Assembly (NCBI GenBank): GCA_963718235.1
Contig: CAVQYR010000002.1
Location: forward strand, 1-64,000
DNA length: 64,000 nt
Reading direction: 5' to 3'
DNA from: an uncultured Actinomycetota bacterium
GTDB taxonomy: Bacteria > Actinomycetota > Actinomycetes > JAHEKZ01
The position numbers and the translations under genes were made by a program. Every line of letters begins with the position of its first letter. Position 1 is the first letter of the stretch. Positions 31,150 through 40,526 of the stretch are shown here, one piece after another. The notes under the pieces were generated by a model. The model did not search any database. It was not told the origin of the DNA and was given only the letters and a program-made list of their open reading frames with translations.

Positions 31150-32491
31150 AGGTGGCTGGCGCGGGAGTGGCGTCGGGCGCCGATGACGGTCGAGCCGTTG
31201 GCGACAGCGTCTGGATGGTGATGTAAGCGACGACCACGCTGACGATGATGATCGGTGCGGTGGCGACCCCGGCCTTGGACACCAGCAGCAAGCGTGATGA
31301 CCACCGCCGAAAGCGGCAGTCGAAGGATCGACACCGCCACCGCGCCATGAGCGCGGCCACGGCTGGGGTCTCCGACATGCCGGGAAGATGGGCCGCCAGC
31401 AGGCCACCGACGGCGCCGACGAACAGGGCCGGGAAGGTCGGGCCGCCACGGAAGCTGCCCATGGACAGACCCCAGGCGAGCCCCTTGAGCAGGAGGAGCC
31501 AGGCCAAGGTGGCCAGGGGCAGCGTCGTCGCCTGGTCGAAGAGCTGGTCGAAGGCGTCCTGGCCCGAGAACAGCAGCGCGCTGGACGACTCGCCGGTGAC
31601 CTGCGCGAAGACGATCGCGAGTGCAGCGACCACGAGCCCAGCGGCGGGGATGAGCACCCACGGCCTACGGTTCACGAGCCCCGCCGATGCGCCCGCGAAC
31701 TGCACGATCGCGAAGGTGATGCCGGCAGCGAGGGCAGCGAGCACCACCGTCCAGGCGAACTCCGCGAGGGTGGGACTCGTGTACGCCGGAAGCGTGAAGG
31801 GGCTCAGCGCGTACTCGGAGTTGCTGAGGCCGGTCCAGCTCCCCATCCCGATGAAGACCAGCGAGCCGATACCGGCCGACATCAGACCCGGCAGCAGGAC
31901 CAGTGGCAAGGTCGGCCCGCCCAGACCGGCGGCTTCGATCAAGATGACGGCCCCGACGATCGGTGACCCGAAGATCGTGGCCAGCGCGGCGAACGCGGCT
32001 GCGGCCGCAATCACCGACACCGCCTGCTCCGGGGTGTCCTTGCGGGCGCGCCGGACGGCGAACACCGCGAGCCCGGTGCCCAACGCGATGAGCGGCGCCT
32101 CCGGCCCGAGCACCAGGCCGAGCCCCAGGCTGGCGAGTGCGGCGAGCAGCACCCCGGGAAGGTCGTTGGGTCGCGCGGCGCCCGCCTTGAGCCCCAGGTA
32201 AGGGACATGGCCACCAGCACCCGGTAGACGAAGGACGGCCACCGCGGTCAGGACGCCGGCCACCAGGAGCACCGGCAGCGGCCACCACCACGGTGCGTCG
32301 TCGAAGCCGAGCCACCCGGGCAGGTCCTGGTAGGCAGCGACCTGCAGCCAGTGGACCAGCTCGAGGAAGCCCCAGGCGACGAACGAGACGAGCACGCCGA
32401 TGACGGCCGCAACGACCAGGATGCGCCGGTACTCCTTGCTCCTGATCAGCGTTCCGGGATCGGTCGAAGGGGCAGTGGCTGGTTCGCTCAT
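31148..32491 (-). CDS. ClC-family chloride channel-like protein (local frameshift near C-terminus)
   Basis: LGPEAPL, FGSPIVGA, FRGGPTFPALFVG; many TM segments. Confidence 0.85.
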   Translation of the reverse strand: MSEPATAPSTDPGTLIRSKEYRRILVVAAVIGVLVSFVAWGFLELVHWLQVAAYQDLPGWLGFDDAPWWWPLPVLLVAGVLTAVAVLRLPGAGGHVPYLGLKAGAARPNDLPGVLLAALASLGLGLVLGPEAPLIALGTGLAVFAVRRARKDTPEQAVSVIAAAAAFAALATIFGSPIVGAVILIEAAGLGGPTLPLVLLPGLMSAGIGSLVFIGMGSWTGLSNSEYALSPFTLPAYTSPTLAEFAWTVVLAALAAGITFAIVQFAGASAGLVNRRPWVLIPAAGLVVAALAIVFAQVTGESSSALLFSGQDAFDQLFDQATTLPLATLAWLLLLKGLAWGLSMGSFRGGPTFPALFVGAVGGLLAAHLPGMSETPAVAALMARWRCRSFDCRFRRWSSRLLLVSKAGVATAPIIIVSVVVAYITIQTLSPTARPSSAPDATPAPAT

Positions 32492-32966
32492 CGGAGGATC
32501 CTCGTGCCGTCGACTACAGGACCCGGGACGGAATCCTCGCGGTCACGGTAACGGGGCGCACGGTCTCGACGTCGCTCGGGTGGACACGTTCGATGCGACG
32601 CCGCGTCCGGACATACGTGGGGATCGACTGTTGCGATGGTCGACCAGGATCAGTGCGGGAAGCATCATCAGCGACACTGCTGACGAGTACCCCCACGGCG
32701 ACGATCGTCCCGGCCAAGCAGGGCGTTGCCCGATGCGGCAAGGAGTCGACCGGCGATGTAGCCGCTCAGTGCGTAGCCCGGCGAGAAGCCCCACGATCAC
32801 TGACATCGTGGGGTCGAATCCAACCGCCATCAGTTCCACGAAGGCCACTGTGGCACAGGGGAGTGTCTCGTTGGGTGAACGGCGCGTTGTCCACAGGCTG
32901 TGCGCCGAAAGGTGCACCAGGCGCTCGCCTCGTGTTCTGAGGCAGTTGGTCTGGTGACGGACCTAT

Positions 32967-33398
32967 TCACTCGGCGGTCGACGCCCGGAAGGGCCAACGC
33001 GCGGCCACGCCACCCGCGATCTCCAGCACTGCCGCGAAGTCGCCGGACGCGGCGAGCACGAGTCCGTCGACGCGGGCGGCGAACGGGATCACCGACTCGT
33101 CGCCCAGGCGTCCGTTGCCACCGCGCCCGACCTCCATCTGTCCGTCGATGCGCGGACCGACCGCTCCGCCGTCGGCGTCCTCGAACCGAATCGTGAAGTC
33201 GAACGAACGGCCATGGGCGGAGAAGGGGACGTCGAAGACCGCCACGACGGACAGGTGATGCACCGAGGGGAACTCCGCTGCGACCATCTGGTTCCAGAAC
33301 GCACCGGAGGTGTACACCTTCCCGTTCTCCACGGCGGCGTAGTCGGCGAGGAAGAAGGCAACCGGGCGCGGCATGGGCTCGAGCGGATGCGATGTCAT
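32967..33398 (-). CDS. Conserved hypothetical protein (DUF6941-like)
   Basis: FLADYAAVENGKVYTSGAFW...FEDADG pattern. Confidence 0.65.
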   Translation of the reverse strand: MTSHPLEPMPRPVAFFLADYAAVENGKVYTSGAFWNQMVAAEFPSVHHLSVVAVFDVPFSAHGRSFDFTIRFEDADGGAVGPRIDGQMEVGRGGNGRLGDESVIPFAARVDGLVLAASGDFAAVLEIAGGVAARWPFRASTAE

Positions 33399-33430
33399 GC
33401 GTCTCAGTATCCGGGTGTCACACTCCTTCG

Positions 33431-34376
33431 GTGTCTCACCGCCGCAACGCTGTCGCCACCGCGGTGGTCGTGGTGCTTGCGATCGCGACGCTGGTGACCA
33501 CCGTCGTCGCGCTGCGCGCCCGTACGACGACGCCGGCGGGCGGTTCGCCGGCTGCCAGCTCGACGTCGGGTGAGGTGTCGCCGTCGTCGACCGTGAAGCC
33601 CTCACCGACGGTCGACGGCTCTCGGCCCAGCCAGCTGGTCGAGCCCCCGTTGGTGATGGCGAGCAAGGTGGAGGGCTATCGGGCCGAACCGGGCAGCTGC
33701 CTCGGCGGAGGTGCGGTCTTCCGGACCGACGACCAAGGACGGTCGTGGCGGCCGCTCAGTCTCGACGTGTCGTCGGTGCTGGCGCTGTCGTCGCCCGGTG
33801 CGCGCTCGGTCGAGGCAGTCGTGACGACGAGCGACGCGTGCGACGCGGTTGGTGTCGAGTCGTCCGATGCCGGGCGGACCTGGGCCGAGGCGGCCGACAC
33901 GTCGTGGCACCGGTTCGGCGACGACGTCGGGCTCCTTCACTCACCGGCGGGCTCGGTCCGCAACCCGTGCCCGGACCGGTCGTTGCCGGTCGTCGAGCTG
34001 CAGGGGCTGTCGACCACGGAAGCGGCCGTGCTGTGCCCTGACGGTGAGGTGCTGCGCACGGTCGACGGGCGCCGCTTCAGTCAGCAGTCGAAGGTGCCGG
34101 ACGCGATGGCGTTGGCGTTCGAGAGCCGCGACCTGGGATGGCTTCTCGTGCGCGACGGCGAGCAGTGTCCGGCGTACGTGCTGAACCGCAGTCAGGACGG
34201 CGGCGTCACGTGGGCGCAGGGGGGCTGCGTGGGGTCGGCTGAACGCGTTGGCGTCGGCGTCGCCACCTGCGCTCGCCTTCAGCGACGCGCAGCACGGCCT
34301 GGCGACGATCGGTGACGTCGCGTACGGCACGGCCGATGGTGGGTTCACCTGGCAGCAGGCCATCACACGTCGATGA
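33431..34376 (+). CDS. Membrane-anchored BNR/Asp-box repeat protein (frameshift near 34260)
   Basis: N-terminal TM and S/T/P linker; Asp-boxes [32 protein letters not shown]. Confidence 0.75.
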
Positions 34377-34803
34377 TGACGGTGCGCGGGCCGTCGTTGA
34401 CGAGGCTCACGTGCATGTCCGCGCCGAACTCGCCGGTCTGAACCGAGGCGCCGCGTCGGCGCAGGGCTGCGCAGAACTCCTCGACGAGCGGCTGGCTGAT
34501 GTCTCGTGGTGCTGCCGCTGACCATGACGGACGCCGCCCCTTGGACAGGTCCGCGTACAGGGTGAACTGACTCACCACGAGCAGCGGGGCGCCGAGGTCG
34601 GCGGCCGAGCGCTCGTCGTCCATGATCCGCAGGTGCCAGACCTTCTCGGCGAGCCGCTCGGCGTGGTCGGTGCGGTCGTCGTGAGTGACGCCCACGAGCA
34701 CCACGAGCCCGGGTGCCTCGATCTCACCGACCCGGTCACGCACACCGTCGGGCCGTAGGACGTCGACCGCCGCGCTCGTGACCACCTGCACCACCGCTCG
34801 CAC
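34363..34803 (-). CDS. dtd: D-aminoacyl-tRNA deacylase
   Basis: [33 protein letters not shown]. Confidence 0.96.
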   Translation of the reverse strand: MRAVVQVVTSAAVDVLRPDGVRDRVGEIEAPGLVVLVGVTHDDRTDHAERLAEKVWHLRIMDDERSAADLGAPLLVVSQFTLYADLSKGRRPSWSAAAPRDISQPLVEEFCAALRRRGASVQTGEFGADMHVSLVNDGPRTVIIDV

Positions 34804-34817
34804 GCGAGCACGCTACC

Positions 34818-34868
34818 CATCTCGTGGTCGTCTGTCCGCGCTGGGCGCGGCTCGACGACCACGAGATG
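34818..34868. repeat. 51-bp palindromic REP-like element, copy D (best-paired)
   Basis: CATCTCGTGGTCGTC-TGT-CCGCGC-TGG-GCGCGG-CTC-GACGACCACGAGATG. Confidence 0.8.
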
Positions 34869-34921
34869 ACACCTGTGGACGACGTGCGCGGACCTGGCCC
34901 CGTACCGGGCACGCTGCGCCG

Positions 34922-35803
34922 ATGCGACTCACCTCGGTGGCCCTGCGGCAGGGCGGGGTCTTCACCCGGGCTCAGGCCCGGGAATGCGGTTGGTCCGACG
35001 ACGCGATCGACCGCCGTCTGCGGTGCGGTGAGTGGGTTCGGTCGCTGCCGTCGGGGCGGGGGGTGTTCCAGCACGCGTCGATCGGTAGGACGTACGAGTC
35101 GATCCGGTGGGCCGCCGTGCTCGGCGTCGGTCCGCCGTGCGCGCTCGGGCTCGAGTCGGCCGCTGCTGAGTGGGGCTGGTGCGGCGAACCAGGGATGGTG
35201 AGCGTGGTCGTCGGCCTGAACCGCAAGCCGAGATCGGTGGCTCCGGTGTCGGTGAAGCGGCTTGCGCTTGCTGACGGAGCCGTCGTCCGGCTTCGTGGGC
35301 TGCCAGTCACGTCGAAGGCGCGCACCGTCGCCGACTGCCTGCGGTTTCTCCCCCAGCCGATGGCGCAGCAGATCCTCGACCGCAGCCAGCAACGCGGTGG
35401 ACCGGCTCCGGCCGCGGTGCTGCTGCAGCTGCCTCGCGGTGGGTCCGGCGTGTGCCAGGCGAGGCGGTTGCTTCGGGCGGCCGACGGTTCGGTGTTCGCC
35501 GCCGAGCGACTGTGTGTGGCGTTGCTCCGCCAAGGTGGGGTCGAGGGCTGGCGGGCCAACCTGGCCGTGGACATTCGTGGGCGACGGATCGTGATCGACG
35601 TCGCCTTCGTGGCGGCTCGACTGGCGTTGGAGATCGACGGGTGGGCGCATCACCAGGACGTCGAGCGGTTCCAGTCCGACCGGCGGCGCCAGAACCTGCT
35701 CATCAGCGACGGCTGGCGGGTGCTGCGGTTCACCTACGCCGACCTGACCACGCGACCCGACGACGTGCTGCGGCAGGTGCGCGAGGCGCTGGCCGCCACC
35801 TGA
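34922..35803 (+). CDS. AbiEi-like wHTH plus DUF559 (Vsr-like) nuclease-domain protein
   Basis: RQGGVFTRAQARECG, VTSKARTVADC, IDVAF...LALEIDGWAHH...DRRRQNLLISDGWRVLRFT. Confidence 0.88.
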   Translation: MRLTSVALRQGGVFTRAQARECGWSDDAIDRRLRCGEWVRSLPSGRGVFQHASIGRTYESIRWAAVLGVGPPCALGLESAAAEWGWCGEPGMVSVVVGLNRKPRSVAPVSVKRLALADGAVVRLRGLPVTSKARTVADCLRFLPQPMAQQILDRSQQRGGPAPAAVLLQLPRGGSGVCQARRLLRAADGSVFAAERLCVALLRQGGVEGWRANLAVDIRGRRIVIDVAFVAARLALEIDGWAHHQDVERFQSDRRRQNLLISDGWRVLRFTYADLTTRPDDVLRQVREALAAT

Positions 35804-35847
35804 TGGTCGCCCTGCCGCGCTGAGCGCGGAAATCCGGCCACGAGATG
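35797..35847. repeat. 51-bp REP-like element, copy E (contains the DUF559 gene stop codon)
   Basis: CACCTGATGGTCGCCCTG-CCGCGCTGAGCGCGG-AAATCCGGCCACGAGATG; aligns without gaps to copy D. Confidence 0.78.
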
Positions 35848-35850
35848 AGA

Positions 35851-38800
35851 TCAGCGGCCGAAGAGGCCCTTCTTCTTCTTCTCCGGCTTGCCCGACCCCT
35901 TGCTCGACGGCTTGGCCGGTCGCGGGCTGGCGGGGGCTGGCGTGGCAGGGGTCGTGGTGTCGTCGTTGAAGCCGCCAAGGCTGGACAGCTCGCGGAGCAG
36001 GGCCGCGGTGTCGACACCACCGGCCTCGCGCCAGGGTGCGTCGGCGGTCGGGCCGTCATCCTCCTCGGCCTGACGAGCGGCTTCCTCGGCGGCGAGCTGC
36101 TCGGCGGCGACCCGGGCGGCCTCCTCCTCGGCAGCCACTCGCTGGGCCTCCTCGACCGCAAGTCGGGCGGCCTCCTCCTCAGCCGCGACCCGCGAGGCCT
36201 CCTGCTCGACCGCCAGCATCGCGGCCGCTTCGCGGGCGGCGTCGTCGGCCGCCTGACGCTCGGCCGTCAGTCGGTCGGCCTCGCGTTCGGCGTCGAGCCG
36301 GGCCGCCCGTTCGGCGGCGGCCCGCTTGGTCTCGGCCTTGGCCGCGTCGGCTGCGGCGCGCTTGTCCGCGGCCAGACGCTCGGCCTCGGCCTCGGCGGCA
36401 GCAGCGGCCCGCTCGGCCTCCTGCTCGGCAGCAAGCCGGGCGGCCTCCTCGGCGGCAAGGCGTTCGGCTTCGAGCCGGGCGGCTTCCTCGGCTGCTGCCT
36501 GCTCGGCGGCGATCCGGGCTTCCTCGGCCAGGCGCTCGGCCTCCAGGCGGGCAGCCTCCTCAGCGGCGAGGCGTTCGGTTTCGAGCCGGGCGGCTTCCTC
36601 GGCCGAGGCGTGCGGCTCTGCTCGGCGGCGATCCGGGCTTCCTCGGCCAGGCGTGCGGCCTCTGCCTCGGCGGCGATCCGGGCTTCCTCGGCCAGGCGCT
36701 CGGCCTCCAGGCGGGCAGCCTCCTCAGCGGCGAGGCGTTCGGCTTCGAGCCGGGCAGCCTCCTCGGCGGCGAGGCGTTCGGCTTCGAGCCGGGCAGCTTC
36801 CTCGGCGGCGAGGCGTTCGGCTTCGAGCCGGGCGGCTTCCTCAGCGGCGAGGCGTTCGGCTTCGAGCCGGGCAGCTTCCTCGGCGGCGAGGCGTTCGGCT
36901 TCGGCCGGGCAGCTTCCTCGCGGCCAGGCGGGCAGCTTCCTCGGCGGCGAGGCGTTCGGCTTCGAGTCGGGCGGCTTCCTCGGCGGCGAGGCGTTCGGCT
37001 TCGAGTCGGGCGGCTTCCTCGGTGGCGAGGCGCTCCGCCTCGAGCCGGGCCTCCTCGACCAGTCGGGCGGCCTCGGCCTCGGCGGCGAGCCGAGCCTCCT
37101 CGGCCTGACGCTTGGCGGCCTGGATCTCGGCGTCTGCCTGCTTCTGACGCCGACGGCGGCGCTCCTCCTCGACCTTGGCCAGGCGCTCGAGCTCGAGCCG
37201 CTCCTCCTCGAGCTTGCGCAGGCGCTCCTCCTCGGCGCGACGCTTCTTGGCCAACGCCTCAGCGGTGCGCTTGGCCTCGGCCTCCGCCTCGGCCGCCTTG
37301 CGTGCGGCCTCGGCGGCCTCGCGCTTGGCCTCCTCCTCCAGGGCCAGCCGCTGCGCCTCGAGCTCGGCCAACCGGGCTTCCTCGGCGCGTCGTTGCTCCT
37401 GCAGCTCCTCAGCAGCTCGTTGGGCCTTGGCCGCGGCCTCCGCGGCCTTGCGTGCGGCCTCGGCCTCGAGCTCGGCGGCCCGGCGAGCGGCAGCCTCCTC
37501 GCGCGCCCGTGCCTCGGCCTCCATCTCCTCGGCCCGGCGGGCGGCAGCCTCCTCGAGCGCGCGGGCCTCGGCCTCCATCTCGGCGGCCCGGCGCGCGGCA
37601 GTCTCCTCCAGCGCACGGGTCCGGGCCTCGGCCAGGAACACCGAGTGGGCGGCCCACGCCTCACGCTCGACCCGACGTCGTTCGGTGGCCAGCCACGTCG
37701 TGTGGTCGGCCCACGCCTCCGCCTCCATGGCGCCGCGCTGCCAGACCAGGAAGGCCTCGTGGTCGGCCCAGGCCGCACCTTCGGCGGCGATCCGCTCGGC
37801 CTCCAGCACCTCGCGGTGAACCGTCCACGCCTCGGCCTCGACGGCCAGGCGTTCGGCCTCCAGGACGGCGGTATGCGCTGTCCAGGCCTCGCTCTCGACC
37901 CGAGCGCGTTCGAGACCGAGCCACGCGAAGTGGTCGGCCCACGCGTCGAACTCAGCAGCGCAGCGCTGACCGGCCAGCCACGCCTCGTGCTCGGCCCAGG
38001 CCTCGTGCTCGGCCCCGGTCCGCTCGGCCTCCAGACGCTCGCGCTCAGCGCGCACGCTGCTGTCGAGCCAGGCGCGGTGGTCGGTCCAGGCGGCACCTTC
38101 GGCGGCGACCCGCTCGGCCTCCAGCCAGGTGACATGGGCGACCCACGCCTCGATCTCCTGGCGCCGTCGCTCCCCCTCCAGCCACGCCGCATGGTCGGCC
38201 CACGCGGCCGGTTCGTCGGCCACCCGCTTGGCCGCCAGACGCTCGCGCTCGGCCCGGATCGTGGTGTCGCACCAGGCTTCGTGGTCGGCCCAGGCCAGAG
38301 GCTCGCACCGACGTCGCTCGTTCTCCAGCCACTGGTAGTGCACCAACCAGGCCTCGGCCTCGGCCTGTCCTCGCTGCTCGGCGAGCCACGCGTCGTGCGC
38401 GGCCCAGGCCTGCGACTCGACACCCTCGCGCTGCTCGGCCAGCCAGGTCTCGTGGGACAGCCACGCCTCGGCCTCGGCGGAAACCCGCTCCTCGGCCTCG
38501 CGCAGCACGGCTTCCGCCGCGGCCCGCTCGGCCTGGGCTGCAGCCGCCTCTTGCGCCTCTTGCCGCTCGGCCTCGGCTGCCCAGTCGTCGTCCTCGTTCT
38601 CGACGACGTTGGGTGCGTTGACCGGTGTGAACAGGTCCTTCAGCGCAGCGGTGACCTTCTTGACCGACGCTGCCAGCTCGTCGCCCGCAGGGTCCGGCGC
38701 GGCGTCGAACAGTGACTTCTTGCCACGTGCCGCCTCCAAGGAGGTGACCGATGCAACCGGCTCGTCGTCGGGCAGCTCGACGTCGACGAGCCCGGCGTCC

Positions 38801-39477
38801 ATGAGCGCCTTGATGACGTGGCCGGCCTCGAAGACGGTGAAGCCGCACTCGCCGGCGAGGTCGGCGATGTCACGCTCGCCGTCGACCTTGCACAACAGGG
38901 CCCAGTCAGCACTGGACAAGACGATGTCGGCCGCGCCCTCGGGGCGGGCGGAGAGCAGGGGCACACCGCGCTCGCCGCCGATCGACATGAGCAGCTCTTC
39001 CCAGCGGTGGCGTCGAGCCTCGACCTCGGCGAGCAGCTCACGGACGGCCATGGGCGGTGCGACGTCCTGACGGTTCTTCTTGTTCTTGCGGAACTTGTGT
39101 GCCGCGACCGGCCAGCCGAGCAAGTCGCTGAGGGAGTCCTTGAGCTGCTCGACGACGAAGGCCTCGACGACGGAGCGCTCGACGTAGCCGAGGTGGACCA
39201 GCAGCTCACCCAGCCGCCACCCCTGGAGCTCGTTGCGCTGGACGTCGAGGGCGTCGGTGAGCGCCTCGGGTGACAGCTCGCCGGAGGCGATCAGCCGCGC
39301 CCCCAGCTGGGGGCGGCGTCCCGGGACGAAGATCGAGTAGATCAGCCCGTCCTTGAGGTAGACCTCGGCCTGCTCCCCTGCCGGGTCGGTGACGGTGAGG
39401 CAGCCGGTGGCGAGGGCGTCGCCGAGCTCGGCCAGAACAGGTTCGACGGCGGAGGCGTGGACCTGCGTCTGGGTCAC
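35851..39477 (-). CDS. Giant (~1200 aa) DUF4388/MshEN-like protein with Trp-His repeats and long Ala/Glu/Arg helical rod (compensating frameshifts within repeats)
   Basis: ORFs 36841..39525, 36267..38423 (part) and 35851..36219; first and last ORF share a frame; ATGCLTV...VYLKDGLI N-terminus; GGAGGG RBS before GTG 39477. Confidence 0.82.
36430..37060 (-). repeat. 39-bp coding tandem repeat ([13 protein letters not shown])n
   Basis: TCCTC recurs at 36721, 36760, 36799, 36838, 36877; degenerate copies on both sides. Confidence 0.9.
37612..38475 (-). repeat. 14 x 19-aa ExxAWxxHxx(W)LxxER protein repeat
   Basis: 288 codons = 14x19 plus two 11-aa inserts; E, A, W and H invariant in the translation. 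Confidence 0.9.
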
Positions 39478-39543
39478 GGGCCCCTCCCTCCGCCAGCCGA
39501 CACCGTCCGGGGGCGTCGGCCGCACCCCGGTTGCCCTCTCTCC

Positions 39544-39570
39544 TTCGGCAGGTTGGGGGCTGTCGTTGAG
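39544..39570 (-). promoter_or_regulatory. Putative sigma28 (WhiG/FliA)-type promoter of the giant gene
   Basis: Minus strand CTCA-ACGACAGCCCCCAACCT(17 nt)-GCCGAA, ending 67 nt upstream of the GTG. Confidence 0.6.
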
Positions 39571-39638
39571 CGTGGAAGCACCGGTTCGCCACCCGGTTGG
39601 CGGTCCGGGACGGGGGGAGGCATGGCACGATGCCTCCC

Positions 39639-40526
39639 ATGTCAGGCCCGGTCAGCCCCACCACGGTTCCCACGGTCGCGCCCACGGCCGCGACGATGAT
39701 CACGGTCGCGCCCACGGGCGCGGAGAGCAGCAAGGACGACGTCCCGGCCCTGCCGGTGACCCTCGAGGAGCTCGTCGCCACGGCCAAGGAGTGCGAGGCA
39801 GCCGGCGCCGCGATGATCCACGTGCACATCCGCGACGCCAAGGCCCAGCCCACGCTCGACCTCAAGCGGCTCAAGGCCACGGTGAAGGCCCTGCGGGAGC
39901 AGACCTCCCTCGTCGTCCAGCTGTCGACCGGGGGGTCGGTCAAGGACGGCTACCAGGCGCGGCTGAAGGTCCTGGACGCCGCACCCGACTCGTGCTCGCT
40001 CACCTGCGGCACGGTGAACTTCGGCGACGACGTCTTCATGAACCCTTGGCCGTTCATGGTCGAGCTGTACGCCGAGACCCAGCGACGCGAGATCGTCCCG
40101 GAGTTCGAGCTGTTCGACCTCGGACACGTCGCGTCGTTGAACCGGCTGCTCGACACCTACGGCGCGCCGTACGGCGGCCAGGTGCACTGCGACCTCGTGA
40201 TGGGCGTGCCCGGGGGCATGCCGGGTACGACGGAGGCGCTCGTCGCGGCAGTGGCCGCGCTGCCCGAGGGGGCGTCCTGGTCGGCCACCGGGGTGGGTCG
40301 CTCGTCGCTGACGGTGATGTTCGCCGCCCTGTCGGCCGGGGGCCACCTGCGCGTGGGCATGGAGGACGTGCTCACCTACAGTCGCCGGGTGCCGGTGCGT
40401 GACAATGCTCAGCTGGTGGCGCGAGCCGCCGAGGCAGCCACGTTGTTCCAGCGGCCGCCGATGTCGCCCGATCAGGCTCGCGCCATGCTTCACGTACGTC
40501 CGCCCGCCTCAGGAGGCACCGCATGA
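39639..40526 (+). CDS. Beta-keto acid cleavage enzyme (BKACE/Kce, DUF849) family
   Basis: ITVAPTGA, GAAMIHVHIRD, QLSTGG, PEFELFDLGH, GGHLRVGMED. Confidence 0.92.
   Translation: MSGPVSPTTVPTVAPTAATMITVAPTGAESSKDDVPALPVTLEELVATAKECEAAGAAMIHVHIRDAKAQPTLDLKRLKATVKALREQTSLVVQLSTGGSVKDGYQARLKVLDAAPDSCSLTCGTVNFGDDVFMNPWPFMVELYAETQRREIVPEFELFDLGHVASLNRLLDTYGAPYGGQVHCDLVMGVPGGMPGTTEALVAAVAALPEGASWSATGVGRSSLTVMFAALSAGGHLRVGMEDVLTYSRRVPVRDNAQLVARAAEAATLFQRPPMSPDQARAMLHVRPPASGGTA

Noticed and set aside
32752-32832. tRNA-like fragment (GCTCAG...GGGTCGAATCC)
   Set aside because: T-loop lacks TTC, stems do not form a cloverleaf and no integrase is nearby; tRNAscan-SE would settle it
36430-37060. 39-bp repeats as a CRISPR array
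   Set aside because: No unique spacers, unit length is a multiple of 3 and encodes a helical peptide, and no cas genes are present
35845-38715. 956-aa plus-strand ORF (and 36036..38132)
   Set aside because: Antisense shadow of the repetitive minus-strand gene; low-complexity G/L/F translation with no motif
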